In this document: one piece after another, positions 37,410 to 49,565 of the stretch
How the letters are laid out: each line of letters opens with the position of its first letter
How positions within the stretch are numbered: the first letter of the stretch is position 1
Made by a program: the position numbers and the translations under genes
Assembly (NCBI RefSeq): GCF_004010195.1
Contig: NC_057718.1
Location: forward strand, 67,713,254-67,766,846
Source: Chiloscyllium plagiosum
Lineage: Eukaryota
DNA length: 53,593 nucleotides
Reading direction: 5' to 3'
Notes under the pieces: model-generated
Database searches by the model: none
What the model saw: only the letters and a program-made list of their open reading frames with translations
What the model was told of the DNA's origin: nothing

Positions 37410-39559
37410 TCCACATTGTTGGGTAGATGCTAGTGTTGCAGTTGTACTAGAACAGTTTGGTTAGGGGCATGACTTAGTCCTCAAGACTATAGCTGGATTA
37501 TTGTGTGGGTTCATAGCTAATATCCAGTCCTTTTAACCATTTCATGAGATCACATGGAGTGAATTGTTGATGCTAGCTGGGAACCTCAGGAGGCAGCTGA
37601 GTTAGAATATTGAATCGGCACATCTGGCTAAAGATGTTTGCAAATGCCATTGAAAGTTCGGGTAAATGGTTAAATTCTTGTTTTTTGGAGTTGGTAACTG
37701 CTGAATATTTATGTGGCACAAATGTCTCTTGCCCCGTATCAACTTACTTAATATTGTTGCATGAAGGTGAGGGCTACCTCACTTTTGTGAGAATTATGAA
37801 ATGGATTGAATGCTACCGAGACATTTGTGAACTCCCTACTTATGACTTTCTGATAAAATGAAAGCAATTGCTGACACGCCTGAGGAAGGTTGAGGGCATA
37901 CCCTGAGAAATGTCTTCAGTGAACATCTCAATCTGAGATGATTAACCTCCAACAATCATTCTATTTGTGCCAAATATGACTCAACTTCTGGAGAGTTTTC
38001 TGCCTTGATTCCTATTGACCTCAGTTTTGCTGGTAAACTTGATGCCAAACTTAGTCAAAAGCTTGTTGATGTCAAGGGCAGTCACTTTTAGCTCACTACA
38101 GGTCTTCTGCTCTTGTTTTTGTACGTGTTTCAATCCTGTCTGTAAGGAGATCTGGAGTGGAATGTCCCTTGTGGAACTCTACCTGCTTGCTGATGCTCAG
38201 TCTGTTATTGAGTAAATGCTGCTTTGTAGCACTGTCGATGATAACATCAGTGACTTGTCAATGGTTGCTTGATTGAGAGTTAGCTGTTAATTGGATATGT
38301 TGGATTTCTCCTACATTTTGTGGTCAAAAAGCTTAGACCTTTCATTAAAAAAAAAGTTGATTAAAAATACAATATTGATATGTTTAGAAGTGGTAACCAG
38401 ATGCAATTTGATTAATAAGTTGAAAACAAGTTTATCACAAAGTAAGCAATTTAATCATCTTGTCTACTATGAACATCCAGATTTTAAATGATGGAAAATG
38501 GTTTCATAACTGTACAAACTAATGTTTTTAGTCATCTTGTGTTGTTTTAGAAGAACAAAATCTTTTAAAATGTCTGGCACCAAAATAATTGTTTAATTTT
38601 TAGCACCTCCTTTAAGTTGCAAATGAACAGTCAGTGGATACTTGCAATGGTGATTAATTTAACCTTGACAGTGGTCAATTCCATGGTAGAATTAGTAAGA
38701 AGAGTGTTTTTTAAGTGATCGTTTTTTTTTAAAATGCACGCAAAATTGAGGGAAATACTGACTGTAATTTGCACTTAAAATTCTGCGATATTTTGAGCTG
38801 ATTTTGTCAGATTTGTATGAGTTATGCTAAAGATGATGAGCACAATCTAGCACAACCCTTATGCTTATGTGTTTAAGAATGTTTTGTGTCCATGAGACAT
38901 CCACTGTTTCAAGCTCTGGCAGCAAAGCCAGTTGGCTAATAACAGCAGGTTGTGTGATAATGATTTACCTCCCAAGAGAGGAAAGGATAGAATTCCTGCT
39001 GTTAACAGACTAAATTGGAACTGTTTGTAGTGTTTAACCATGCTGTAAGAAAAATTGGCAGAAGAACTTCATGCTGTGTATGTTTGATTTTGTTGCAATG
39101 TAAATTTTGGAAACCCACAATCATTTAATAACTTGTGATGAACAGACTTTGGCCATGCTTGTTTTATTCCACTGTGTCACCTTTATCATGTTTTTTCAGC
39201 GAAAATATGAAAAGCTTGCGATTTCCATTGTCTAGGAATGTGTATGGATCTGCATGATATAACCGCTTTGTTGCCAACATTCTCACTTGGTGTATGGTAC
39301 TGGCAGACAATTAATTCAGCACCATTAACCTAAGCATTGTGGAAATTAGTGCATGTTCAATGGCACAATATTGCATTCGCATGTTCCATTTTAAGATGCT
39401 TGTTAACGACTAAGGTGAAGAAAATAATTGTCGGCAGATCTTAGTAAAATGAAACTATATTACTGTGTAAACCTTAATTTCATGTGTTAGTGTGACCCTC
39501 ATTACAATCTTTCAACTAATTGAGATGCAGTTACAAGTGATTTGTTTAATCGGAAGCAA

Positions 39560-41222
39560 AAGGAATCATGAGGGCAGTGAATGTTGGCTACATGGACCTT
39601 AGTAAGGCATTTGATTAAAGTATCTTATAGACAGGTTAGTATAAAAGGTGGGGTCCAGAATGAGCTGACTAGCTGGATATGAAACTGGCTTGTTCATGCA
39701 AGACATAATAGAGATAGAAGGGTACTTCTCAGAATTGAGATCAGTCCCTGGTGGTGTTATAGAGTCATAGAGATGTACAGCATGGAAACAGACCCTTCGG
39801 TCCAACCCGTCCATGCCGACCAGATATCCCAACCCAATCTAGTCCCACCTGCCAGCACCTGGTCAATATTCCTCCAAACCCTTCCTATTCATATACCCAT
39901 CCAAATGCCTCTTAAATGTTGCAATTGTACCAGCCTCCACCACATCCTCTGGCAGCTCATTCCATACACGTACCATCCTCTGCGTGAAAATGTTGCCCCT
40001 TAGGTCTCTTTTATATCTTTCCACACTCCCCCTAAACCTATGCCCTCTAGTTCTGGACTCCCCGACCCCAGGGAAAAGACTTTGCCTATTTATCCTGTAC
40101 AGCTGCAACATGACCTCCCAACTCCTGTACTCAATACTCTGACCAATAAAGGAAAGCATACCAAACGCCTTCTTCACTATCCTATCTACCTGTGACTCTA
40201 CTTTAAAGGAGCCATGAACCTGCACTCCAAGGTCTCTTTGTTCAGCAACTCTTTGTTCTGCAGGATTGGTGCTGGGACCATTGTTGTTTGTAATATGTAT
40301 AAATGATCTGGAAGAAAATGTAGGTGACCTGATTAGTAAGTTTGTGGATAACAGCAAAATTGACAAAGTTGTAGATAGTGAGGAGGATTGTCAAAGGATA
40401 CAACAGTTATAGATAGATAGATTGCACAGAAATGGCATTTGGAGTTTAATACAGACAAATGCAAGGTGATGCATTTTGGAAGGTCAAATTCAGTTGTGAA
40501 TTATACAATAAATGGCACAACCCTAAGGAGCATTGACATACAGAAGATCTGGAGTTACAGGTCCACAGATCCTGAAAGTGGTAACACAGACTGATAAGGT
40601 TCAAGAAGGCATACAGCACACTTGCCATCATTGGCAGGGGCACCAAACATAGAAGTTAGCAAGTTATATTACAACTGACCAAAACGTAAAGGGTACATTT
40701 GGAATATTGCATGCAGTTCTGATCGCCACAATACCAGAGGAATGTCGGTGCTTTGGAGTGGGTGTAGAGAAGGTTTGCTGGGATGCTGCCTGGTCTGGAG
40801 GGTTTTGACTATAAGGAGATGTTGGATAAACTCAGATTGTTTTCACTGCAAAAACTGAGGCTGAGGGGCAACCTGATCGATGTCAGCAAAATTATGGGAG
40901 GTATAAATAGGGTGGATAGTGAGAGGCTTTTACTCAGGGTGAAACTAGGGAGTATAATTTAAGGTGAGCAGAGAAGGTTTTAAAAGGCACCTGAGGGGCA
41001 ACGTTTGCATGCAGAGGGTGGTTTGTATTTGGAATGTACTGCCAGAGAAAGTAGATGCAGATACAGTTACGATATTTAAGACATTTGGATAGATACATGG
41101 ATCAGAAAAGTTTAGAGATGTTTAAGCCAAATGCTGGCAACTTGGACTAGTTTAGTTTGAGGAACTTGATCGGCATGAACTAGTTGTACCTAATGATCTG
41201 TTTCCATGCTGTATGACTATGA
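39560..41222 (+). mobile_element. Old CR1 RT-to-3' fragment, interrupted at 39759-40253
   Basis: YMDLSKAF, VLGPLLFVICINDL, KFVDNSKI and 3'UTR ctatgac. Confidence 0.85.
39759..40253 (-). mobile_element. Younger CR1 3' fragment nested antisense in the older CR1
   Basis: Closely matches 11980-12690 with one large deletion; flanked by TGTT at 39755-39758 and 40254-40257. Confidence 0.92.
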
Positions 41223-41654
41223 CCAGTATTTTTGGTATCGGAATTCCAAGTGCTGATTAGGTTTGAACTTCTTACTTGATGAGCATCGAGTAAATCCTGT
41301 GAAGAATAGCCACTTGGGCAGAATATTTCAGAATATACCTGTGAAGTAAAGATCAGATGGATATATTTTGTCCTCCATCAAGAATTTGAGGAGAGAATTA
41401 GTGTATTTGGCCAAGTGCAAAGATGGTCAGTGCTCTGCATGATAGTGCTGACTTTGAAACTGGGAAATCCTTATTATTGTTGAACAATATTTTGGAGCTG
41501 AGTTCATTTTGAGATGACATCACGACTGCTGTCCTGTGAAATTGTAAAACAATCACTGAAAAGTAATATGAACAAAATAGGAATGTTTGGCAATTACTGC
41601 ATTTTATTTTACTTCAGCATGGTCTGTCATGAGGGGTGTTAGTGAAATTAAAAG

Positions 41655-42055
41655 AAAGGCTTGCATTTTTGAACTTTCATAGCCATTAGATGTCTCAAAA
41701 ACATTTTAACATTAATAAAGTCTTTTGGAAATGTGTCAGCTACTTTGTCCACAGCAAACTCCTATAAAAAACAATATGATTGTGAGGAGATAATCTACGA
41801 CATTGAATGAGGGATAAATATTGGGTAGGACATCATTGATAATTTCTCTGCTTTTCAAAATAGTTATCTGGATTTTATTACATTTACCCAGATGGACACT
41901 TGGGGCTGCAGTTAATGTCTCATCTAATAGACAGCTCTTTGGGTGGAGCAACATACCATTAGTACTGCACTAGAGTGTTGGTTTTGATTTTTGTGTTTAA
42001 GCCTGTTTTTATTTTTTGGGGTTTGAGTCAGTGTAAGAGTGCTGTCAACTGAGCA
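41655..42055 (-). mobile_element. Deu-domain SINE (SacSINE1/AmnSINE1-like), decayed
   Basis: Minus strand: head gctcagttgacagcactc, core acactctagtgcagtactaatgg...gatgagacattaac, then caatatttatccctca and ggagtttgctgtggacaaagtagctg. Confidence 0.7.
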
Positions 42056-42059
42056 AGTT

Positions 42060-43470
42060 TCTTATAATTTCCAGTTCCCTGACCCTAACCGCCTCCTGTT
42101 CACCACAGATGTCCAATTCCTCTATACCTCCATTCTCCACCAGGCTGGTCTGAGAGCTCTTGGCTTCTTCCTCAGAGGCCTGAAAAATACCCATCCACCA
42201 CCACTCTCCTACAATTGCCTGAACTTTTGCTTCCACTGAACAATTTCTCCTTTAAATCATCTCGCTTCTGTCAAGTCAAAGGAGTGGGAATGGACACCCG
42301 CATGGATCCCAGTTGTGCCAGCCTCTTTATGGCGTATATGGAACAATCCTTGCTCCAGTCCTACACTGGCTTCCTTCCATAATTCTTTTCTCAGTACATC
42401 GACAACTGTTTCAGTGCCGCTTCATGCTCCTGCCCTGGGTCTTGAAAAGTTTGTTCATTTTGCCTCCAAATTCCACTGCTCTAAAATTTTGACATTGTTC
42501 ATTTCCAACTCTTCCTTTCCTTTTGTTGACCTCACTGTCTCCGTTTTGGGGAATAAACTGTCTGCTGCCATCCACTACAAAGTCACTGACTCCCATAGCT
42601 ATCTTCACTACAGCTTTTTTCCACCTCACTTCCTCTAAGGATTCCATCCCATTCTCCTATTCTTTCGCCTGTATCATATCTGTTTAGACATTGCTATCTT
42701 CCAAAACAGCGCTACTGACATGGCTTCCTTCTTCCAGAAACGTGGTTTCCCACCCACTGTGGTTGACAGGGCCCTCAACCGCATCTGACTTACCACTTGT
42801 GCTTCCATCCTTGTGCAGTTCCATCACTCTCGATAGCATGATAGGGTCCCTCTTGTTCTCACTTTTCACCCTGCATTCAAAGGATCATTCTCCATTCTTT
42901 CAGACAATTCAAGCAGGACACCACCACCAAACACATCATCTCCTCACTCTCCCTGTCTGCATTTCACAGGGATTGTACCCTTGGGCACCCTAGTCCATTC
43001 CTTAACCACCAACACCACCGCCCCTTTCCACAGGCACCTTCCCATGTAACTGCAGAAGGTGTAACACCTGCTCCTTCTTCTCCTCCCTTCTCACCATCCA
43101 ACTGTCTAAATGGTGTTTCCAGGTGAAGCAGCATCTCACCTCTTTTTTCTCCAATCTTGGTTACAGTATTTCCTGCACTCAGTGTGGCCTACTCTATATT
43201 GGAGAATCAAATGCAGTCTGGATGACTCCCTTGCAGAACACCTCCTCTCTGTATGCAAGCATAACTCCAACCTTCCCGTAGCCAGTCATTTAAACACAGC
43301 GTCTTGCTATCATGCTCACTTGTCTGTCCTCTGCATGCTGAAATGTTCCAGTGAATCACAGTACAAACTGGAAAAGCAACATCTCATCTTCAAACTAGGG
43401 CAGTTTAGAACCTTCTGGGCGCAATATGGAGTTCACTGTCTTCAAATTATGAACCCATTCCTTCCCTTTT
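42060..43470 (+). mobile_element. Neptune-type PLE (RT plus GIY-YIG), decayed
   Basis: LFTTDVQFLYTSI, QYIDNCF, YKVTDSHSYLHY, GTFPCNCRRCNTC linker, CTQCGLLYIGE, LAEHL and EKQHLIFKLG across frameshifts. Confidence 0.88.
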
Positions 43471-43869
43471 AGCTTTGCTTGTTAACATTCTCTGTCACCC
43501 TCTCTCCCCGTCTCTCCCCTCCTCCCCAACCCAGTGGGACTGTCCTTTCCAGTTAGACCCCCCATAATTCTGCCATTCCAATCATTTAATCTGAACTACA
43601 ACATACTTTCTCCCCCAACACTCCAGCTAAACCCCCACTCCCCCAAATTGCATAATGCTGCCCCCTCCACACTTCACTGAACATCTCAAAGTACTTTATA
43701 ACCAACGGAATACTGATTTTGAAGTGTAGGCACAAATTGTAAAAAATATAACAGCCATTATGTCTAGTAGTTGGCTTGCACACTCCCTTCCTTGCTGTTC
43801 TTCAAAATAGTGCCATGGGATCTTTTGTTTAAGAGCTTCCAGGACCTTGACTTTAATATGGTGGAGTCA

Positions 43870-45780
43870 ATCCTCTTGAAGCCTAAAAAGGATAGTATGG
43901 ACAGAGTTGAGAGAAACTAGAAATCCATGGAGACCTAATAGAGAAGGAGCAGCACTTAACCTTCTGTTGAGAAATAAGGCAGAGCAAGTGACCAAGGTGT
44001 CGTTGGGGAACACTTTGGGGCAAGTGATCATAATTCTATTTGCTTTGAAATATTATGGAAAAGGATAGATCAATAAGTTAAGGAGTAAGGCCAGTTTGGA
44101 TGGTATTAGACAGGAACTTTCAGAAGTTGATTCAGGGAGGCTATTTGCAGGTAAAGAGTACAGTTGGTCAGGCAGCTGCTCCTCTGCATGACTGGCTGTG
44201 CTTTACCAGCACCACACGTTTTGACTCTGAACTCCAGCACTTGCCGTCCTCACTTTCTTCTATTTGCAGGTGAAGGGGCAGTTGGGAAATCGGAGGCCTT
44301 TAAGAATGAGATAGAGAGTTCAGAGACCGTGTTTCTATTGGTGTAAAGGGCAAGGTTGGTAGCTGTAGGGAATGCTGGATGAGTAGGGAAATTGAGACTG
44401 TGGTCAAGAAAAGAGGAGGCATATACATCACGTGTAAGCAACTGGGATCAAGTGAATCCCTAGAAGAGTGTAAGGGTAGTAGGAGTATACTTAAGAGATA
44501 TCAAAAGGGCAAAAAGGAGACATGAATTAGCTTTGCCAATTAGAGTTATGGAGAATCCAAAGGAATTCTGTGAATACATTAAGGACAAAATGGTAACTAA
44601 GAATAGAATATGGCTCCATAAAGATTAGCATGGCTATATGTGGAACCACAGGAGATGGTAGATATAAAAGAATATTTTGAGATACTAAAAGAATATCAGT
44701 TTTTACTATGGAGAAGGACTTGAAAGTTAGAGAACTTGGGAAAATTGATTGTTGAGTTCATATTATGGAAGAAGGGGTGCTGAAGGTCTTAAACTGCATA
44801 AAGATAAATGAATCTCCAGAACCTGATCAGGTGTATCCCAGAACTTTGTGGGAAGCTAGGAAAATATTTATTTGACCCCTTACTGAGATATTTGCATTAT
44901 TGGCAGCCACAGGGGAGGTGCTGGAAGACTGGAAGTTGGCAAATATGCCATTATTTAAGAGAGGCTGTAAAGAAAAGCTAGGGAACTATAAACCAGTGAA
45001 CCTCGTGTCAGTGTTGGGTACGTTGTTGGAGGGGATTCTGAGGAACAGGATTTAATTGCATGTGGAGAGGCAAGGGCTGATTGAGGATAATCAGCATAGC
45101 TTCGTGCATGGGAAATCATGTCTCACTAACTGGATTGAGTTTTATGAAGAAGTGCCAAAGAAGATTGAAGGCAGAGTGGTAGATTTTTTTTATATGGACT
45201 TTAACATAGCACTCAACAACGTTCCACATGATAGACTAGTTGGTATGGTTAGATCACGTGGGATCCAAGCGGAGCTAGCCAATTGGATTCAAAATTGGCT
45301 TGAAGGGAGGAGCCAGAGGATGGTGGTAGAGGATTGTGTTTTGGTCGGGAACCCTCTGTCCAGTGACTGGTCAGCCCAAGGATCAATGCTGGGTGCACTG
45401 CCTTTCGTCATTTATATAAATTATTTAGATGTGAATATGGAGGTATGGTTAGTAAGTTTGCAGACAACACCAAACTAGTAGATAGTGAATAAGATTATCT
45501 CTGAGTACATTGCGACTTGATCTGATGGGCCAGTGCACCAAGGAGTAGCAGATGGAGTTTAATTTGGATAATGTGAGGTGTTTTATTTTGGTAAGGCAAG
45601 CCAAGTCAGGACTTCCACACTTAATGGTCGAAGGACCTGGGGAGTGTTGCCAAGTAAAGAGACCCAGTGATACAGTGTATAGGTTCTTGAAGGTAGCATC
45701 ACAGGGAGACAAGATGGTGAAGAAGGCATTTGGCACTCTTGCCTTCATTGGTCATAACGTTGAGTATTGGAGTGGGGATG
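43870..45780 (+). mobile_element. Old CR1 ORF2 fragment
   Basis: GASDHN, NYKPVNL, HGKSCLTN, YMDFN and QGSMLG motifs. Confidence 0.88.
44168..44259 (+). mobile_element. PLE pseudo-LTR fragment inserted in CR1
   Basis: ctgtgctttaccagcaccacac...ctccagcacttgccgtcctcactttct, flanked by an imperfect ~26-bp duplication. Confidence 0.75.
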
Positions 45781-47039
45781 CTTTCTAAGGAGAGAGCAGT
45801 TCTGTGGTCCTCTAGGATTATGGTGACTTTCCTTTAGTTATACTAAAGAAAGTAAAATAAAACACCACTGGCAAGCCACATAGGTGCAGTTCCTGTTGGT
45901 TATGTGGCTATGGCCAAGTTCTGTTCATTGTATGCTGACTATATTGTTTAACTGCTCTCTGTCAAAATATAATTGTTTTTGAGGAATGTCTGCACATTGC
46001 TTAGACATTCAAATAAAATCTGATTAAGTTCTGTTCAAAATTGAAACATTCAAGAGGTTCCATGTGAGGTACTGCCCGAAGGCTTTTATGTTGTGTTGTA
46101 ATTTATTATTACCTTCCTTGCCAGCATTGTTTTAACCATACATTTCATCCTTTTGATTTTAGACTTGTATATTTTAGTAATTAGTGAATATTAGTTCTGA
46201 TTTGGTAAGGTGTTAAGTGCTTGAGATAATATTGTTGAATCTTGCTGCTAGCAGTCTGCCTGATATGTTAAGACCCAGTAGTAAATGTTATCAGCAGTGT
46301 TTTCAGATTGTTCAGACTTGATTGGTGATATTCTGGAAGGGCTATCTGGACCTTATAACACAAAAGGAAATTTATCTCTATTGTGCATAGTTCAATTCTA
46401 ACACTTCAACATGTATGGAAGCTCTTCATAGTGCAAAAGTATCAGCAAAGTGTCAAGGACCCTCATTAACATGTATTAGTTGACCTTCATCTTTTGTATT
46501 TGAATTCAACAGCTGGTTGTCAAAAGAAAACAAGCTAGACCACTTTATAAGAAAGGAAGTAGAGTAGATGACATTGGGCATCAGGGTTAATGAGATTTAT
46601 TGTAAATCTGTTCCAAAACAATTTGTCATTAAAGGCAGGAGAGAATGCTTTTAGATTTTTGGAGGCTGCTCATTACTCATTCTAGTTTTATTGACCATGT
46701 AAACTGCAACTGCATTCTTTAAAAGAACTTAGTTTGAAGATCCAAATGTATAGTGACTACATTCACGGTCATATTTGTGGTGAAGAGCACAAAAATCACA
46801 ATGCCGGCTAGAAAAGGAATTTTGATGGAATGTTATTTTGACTCCAAGCTAGGGTGAAGAAAACTAAATTAATAAAGCTTCATAGCTCAAATAATGAGTG
46901 ATCTTTAATGGTAAGTACACCATCTTTAGAGAAGATGGACTTAAACTTGATTTGTGAAATTAATGTTTATAGAAGGTTTTTGTGTTATTGGTATGTTGGA
47001 TTGTTGCTGTGTTGAGGGGAAATGAAACATAACATTCCA

Positions 47040-47160
47040 ATAAAGAGTCATTGGACTTGAAATATTAACTCTTTCTCTCTGCACAGATGCTCCCAGACCT
47101 GTGAGATTCTTGAGAATTTGTTTTTTAGATGCCTAGCATCTGCAGTATTTTGCTTTTACT
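47040..47160 (+). mobile_element. Old PLE pseudo-LTR remnant
   Basis: agagtcattggacttgaaat (eroded stem II plus GAAA)...cacagatgct...agcatctgcagtattttgctttt. Related opposite-strand pieces at 4865-4915 and 51930-52000. Confidence 0.55.
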
Positions 47161-47689
47161 TCCTAAAATTGTGGTAGCTTTGAAGCATTTAAATCTTGCA
47201 TGTGGTCTATTTAAGAATATTTTGGTTTATTCTGCAAGGGAAGTTATTCGAACTTAAAACAGTGTTGACACTTTAGTATCCTGTATTTATACTAGTCATT
47301 AATTTTTAATATATGCTCAGTTTCTTACTCTTAGATGCAAAACCATGCGTATGGAAACTAAAAAAAAGACAGGTCATATGGCCAGAACAGGTTTTGGTTT
47401 GCTTTGAAGTCAGGGGTAAAGTGCTGTGTTTTGGTAATCAAGTGGCAAGCTTCAGTACTTTTCATGTTTGCTTATTGAATTTTAACTGCTGAAATTATTA
47501 GGAACTAACAAATAATGTCAATGTTTTGTAATAACTCATGAAATAAATATTTAGAGGCAATAAAAAGTACACCGATTACTAGGGATAGATCAGTTCTGAA
47601 TCCCATCAAATACTGATTTTTCAATAAAAGCAGAAGACTGGTGATCACATTTATGGGGTTTACTATCCCACTGGAAAAAGTTAGATTTT

Positions 47690-49200
47690 GTTTTATTCTT
47701 TGGCTGTGAGCATTACTGATCAGCCCAGCCCAAATTGCTCTTCAAGGTTGTGTTGAGCTGCCATCTTGAACTGCTGCTGTCCAAGTGATGTTGGTGCATC
47801 AGTGTTGTTAAGAATGGAGTTTCAGTGCTTTTCCTCCCAGACATAGTGAAGGAATGGTGATTGTAGTTCCAAATCAGGATCCTGTGTAGCCTTAATGGGG
47901 ATCTTGCAGCTCGTGGTGTACGCATACACCTCCCCTTTCCTTCTAGATTGTAGCTTTTTCAGCTTTCAGATGTGCTGTTGAAACAGTTTTGATGAGTTGT
48001 TGCAGGGTATCTTGATGGATGACGCAGACTGCTACAAGCGTTCTTGATGTTGGAACGAGTAAATGTTTAAAGATGTAGATGGTGTATGGATCAAAATCTG
48101 CTTTTACTGAATTGTATTGAACTTTGTTTATAACTGCATTCACCTGCCTTGTAGATTGTGGACAGACTTAGAGAAGTTGTGAGGTGAGTTAGTACAAAAT
48201 TCATAGCTTCTGGCCAGCTCTTTAGCTGCAATATTGATAATGTTTTCAGTTTCTGATCAGTAGTAACCTCCAGGGTGTTAGTGGCAGAAGATTCAGTAAT
48301 GAAATGCTGTTGAGTGTTAGGAGGTGGCAGTTACCTTCTCTCTTGTTGATTGTTATTTCTGCACTGATTTGTACAAAACTCAAACTTGAACATTGTCCAA
48401 ATCTCATTTTGTGCTCGAACAGTCTGCTCCAGTTTTTGAGGTGTTGTGAATGGTACCCTAAACTTCAATGAGCATTCCCACTGCTGATCTTATGATGGAG
48501 GGAAGGTTGTTGAAGCAGCTAAAGATGTTAGTATCGATGACACTGCTCTGAAATACACTTGCTGTGATATCTTGGAACTATAAATATTGATCTTTTAATG
48601 CTCACAGCTATATTTGTTTATGCGAGCTGACCAAAACAAGTGGATGGGCACTCCCAGCTGCCCATTGATTTCAGTTTTATTAGAGCTTTGGATGTCTTTT
48701 GATTCTTTTGACCAGGTTAGGACTAATGTTACAGTGAAGTCTGGAGTTGCATGTCCCTGGCATAAACCAAGCTAAGCATTGGTAGAGGTAGAGGTTATTG
48801 CTGAGTAAATGCCACTTAGTAGCATTGTAAATATCATATTCCAAACCTTTCTAGGTTGGCAGTAGACTGATTGGTTGGTATTACAGGATTTGTCTTGGTT
48901 TTGTGAACAGAGGATATCTGGGCAATTTTCCAAGTTGTTGGATAGATGTTAGTGTTGTAGGTGTACTGGAATGGTTTGACCATGGATGTAACTGGGTCCG
49001 GAGCAACAATCTTCAGTTCTACAGCAGGGAAAAAGGCATAGCTGATAGCTCATGTACCAGATGTTACAAATGCTATTTACTTAAATCATGGGGAATGAAT
49101 TCACTTGGCAAAGACTGATAACTGATGATGGGATCCTAAAGAGAAAGCTGAGGTAGATTAGCTACTCGCTGAACATGTATGTACCGTACTGTTTGCAAAT
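47690..49200 (-). mobile_element. Old L2/CR1-group LINE
   Basis: 3' tail at 47700-47900 plus decayed upstream coding-like sequence collinear with 35375-37650. Confidence 0.6.
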
Positions 49201-49324
49201 GCTGACTGACAGACTGGTTTGATGACCCCTTAATGAGCTGTCTCCTTTGGATTATAATGGTAAAAATCTTTTGTAACTTCCAGTTTGTTTGCAGAGCAAG
49301 GGCTTTACAGTTGTGTGTTTTCAG

Positions 49325-49381
49325 TGTAGTTCAGGAAGATGTGCATGTGAGCGATGACACAAACGATGAAAATTTTAACTG
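49325..49381 (+). other. Candidate 57-nt host exon
   Basis: ttttcag acceptor and G|GTAAGT donor; one open frame (VVQEDVHVSDDTNDENFN). No gene recognised. Confidence 0.3.
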
Positions 49382-49431
49382 GTAAGTAATTGATCTTATT
49401 TCTGGTTTCATGAATAGACACAATTCTAAAC

Positions 49432-49565
49432 TGGGTAAAAACAATGACTGCAGATGCTGGAAACCAGAGTCTAGATTAGAGTGGTGCTGGAAAAGCACAG
49501 CAGTTCAGGCAGCATCCGAGGAGCAGTAAAATCGACGTTTCGGGCAAAACCCTTCATCAGGTATT
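49432..49565 (-). mobile_element. PLE pseudo-LTR with hammerhead core
   Basis: Minus strand: CUGAUGA A GGGU UUU GCCC GAAA CG UC at 49534-49560; family of 37306-37409. Confidence 0.85.

Larger units (their letters stand above)
35050..38260 (-). mobile_element. Mosaic of old L2/CR1-group LINE fragments with nested insertions
   Basis: Tail at 35390-35520 and upstream decayed RT-like segments (for example RKLNWTNHI) on the minus strand. Confidence 0.6.
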
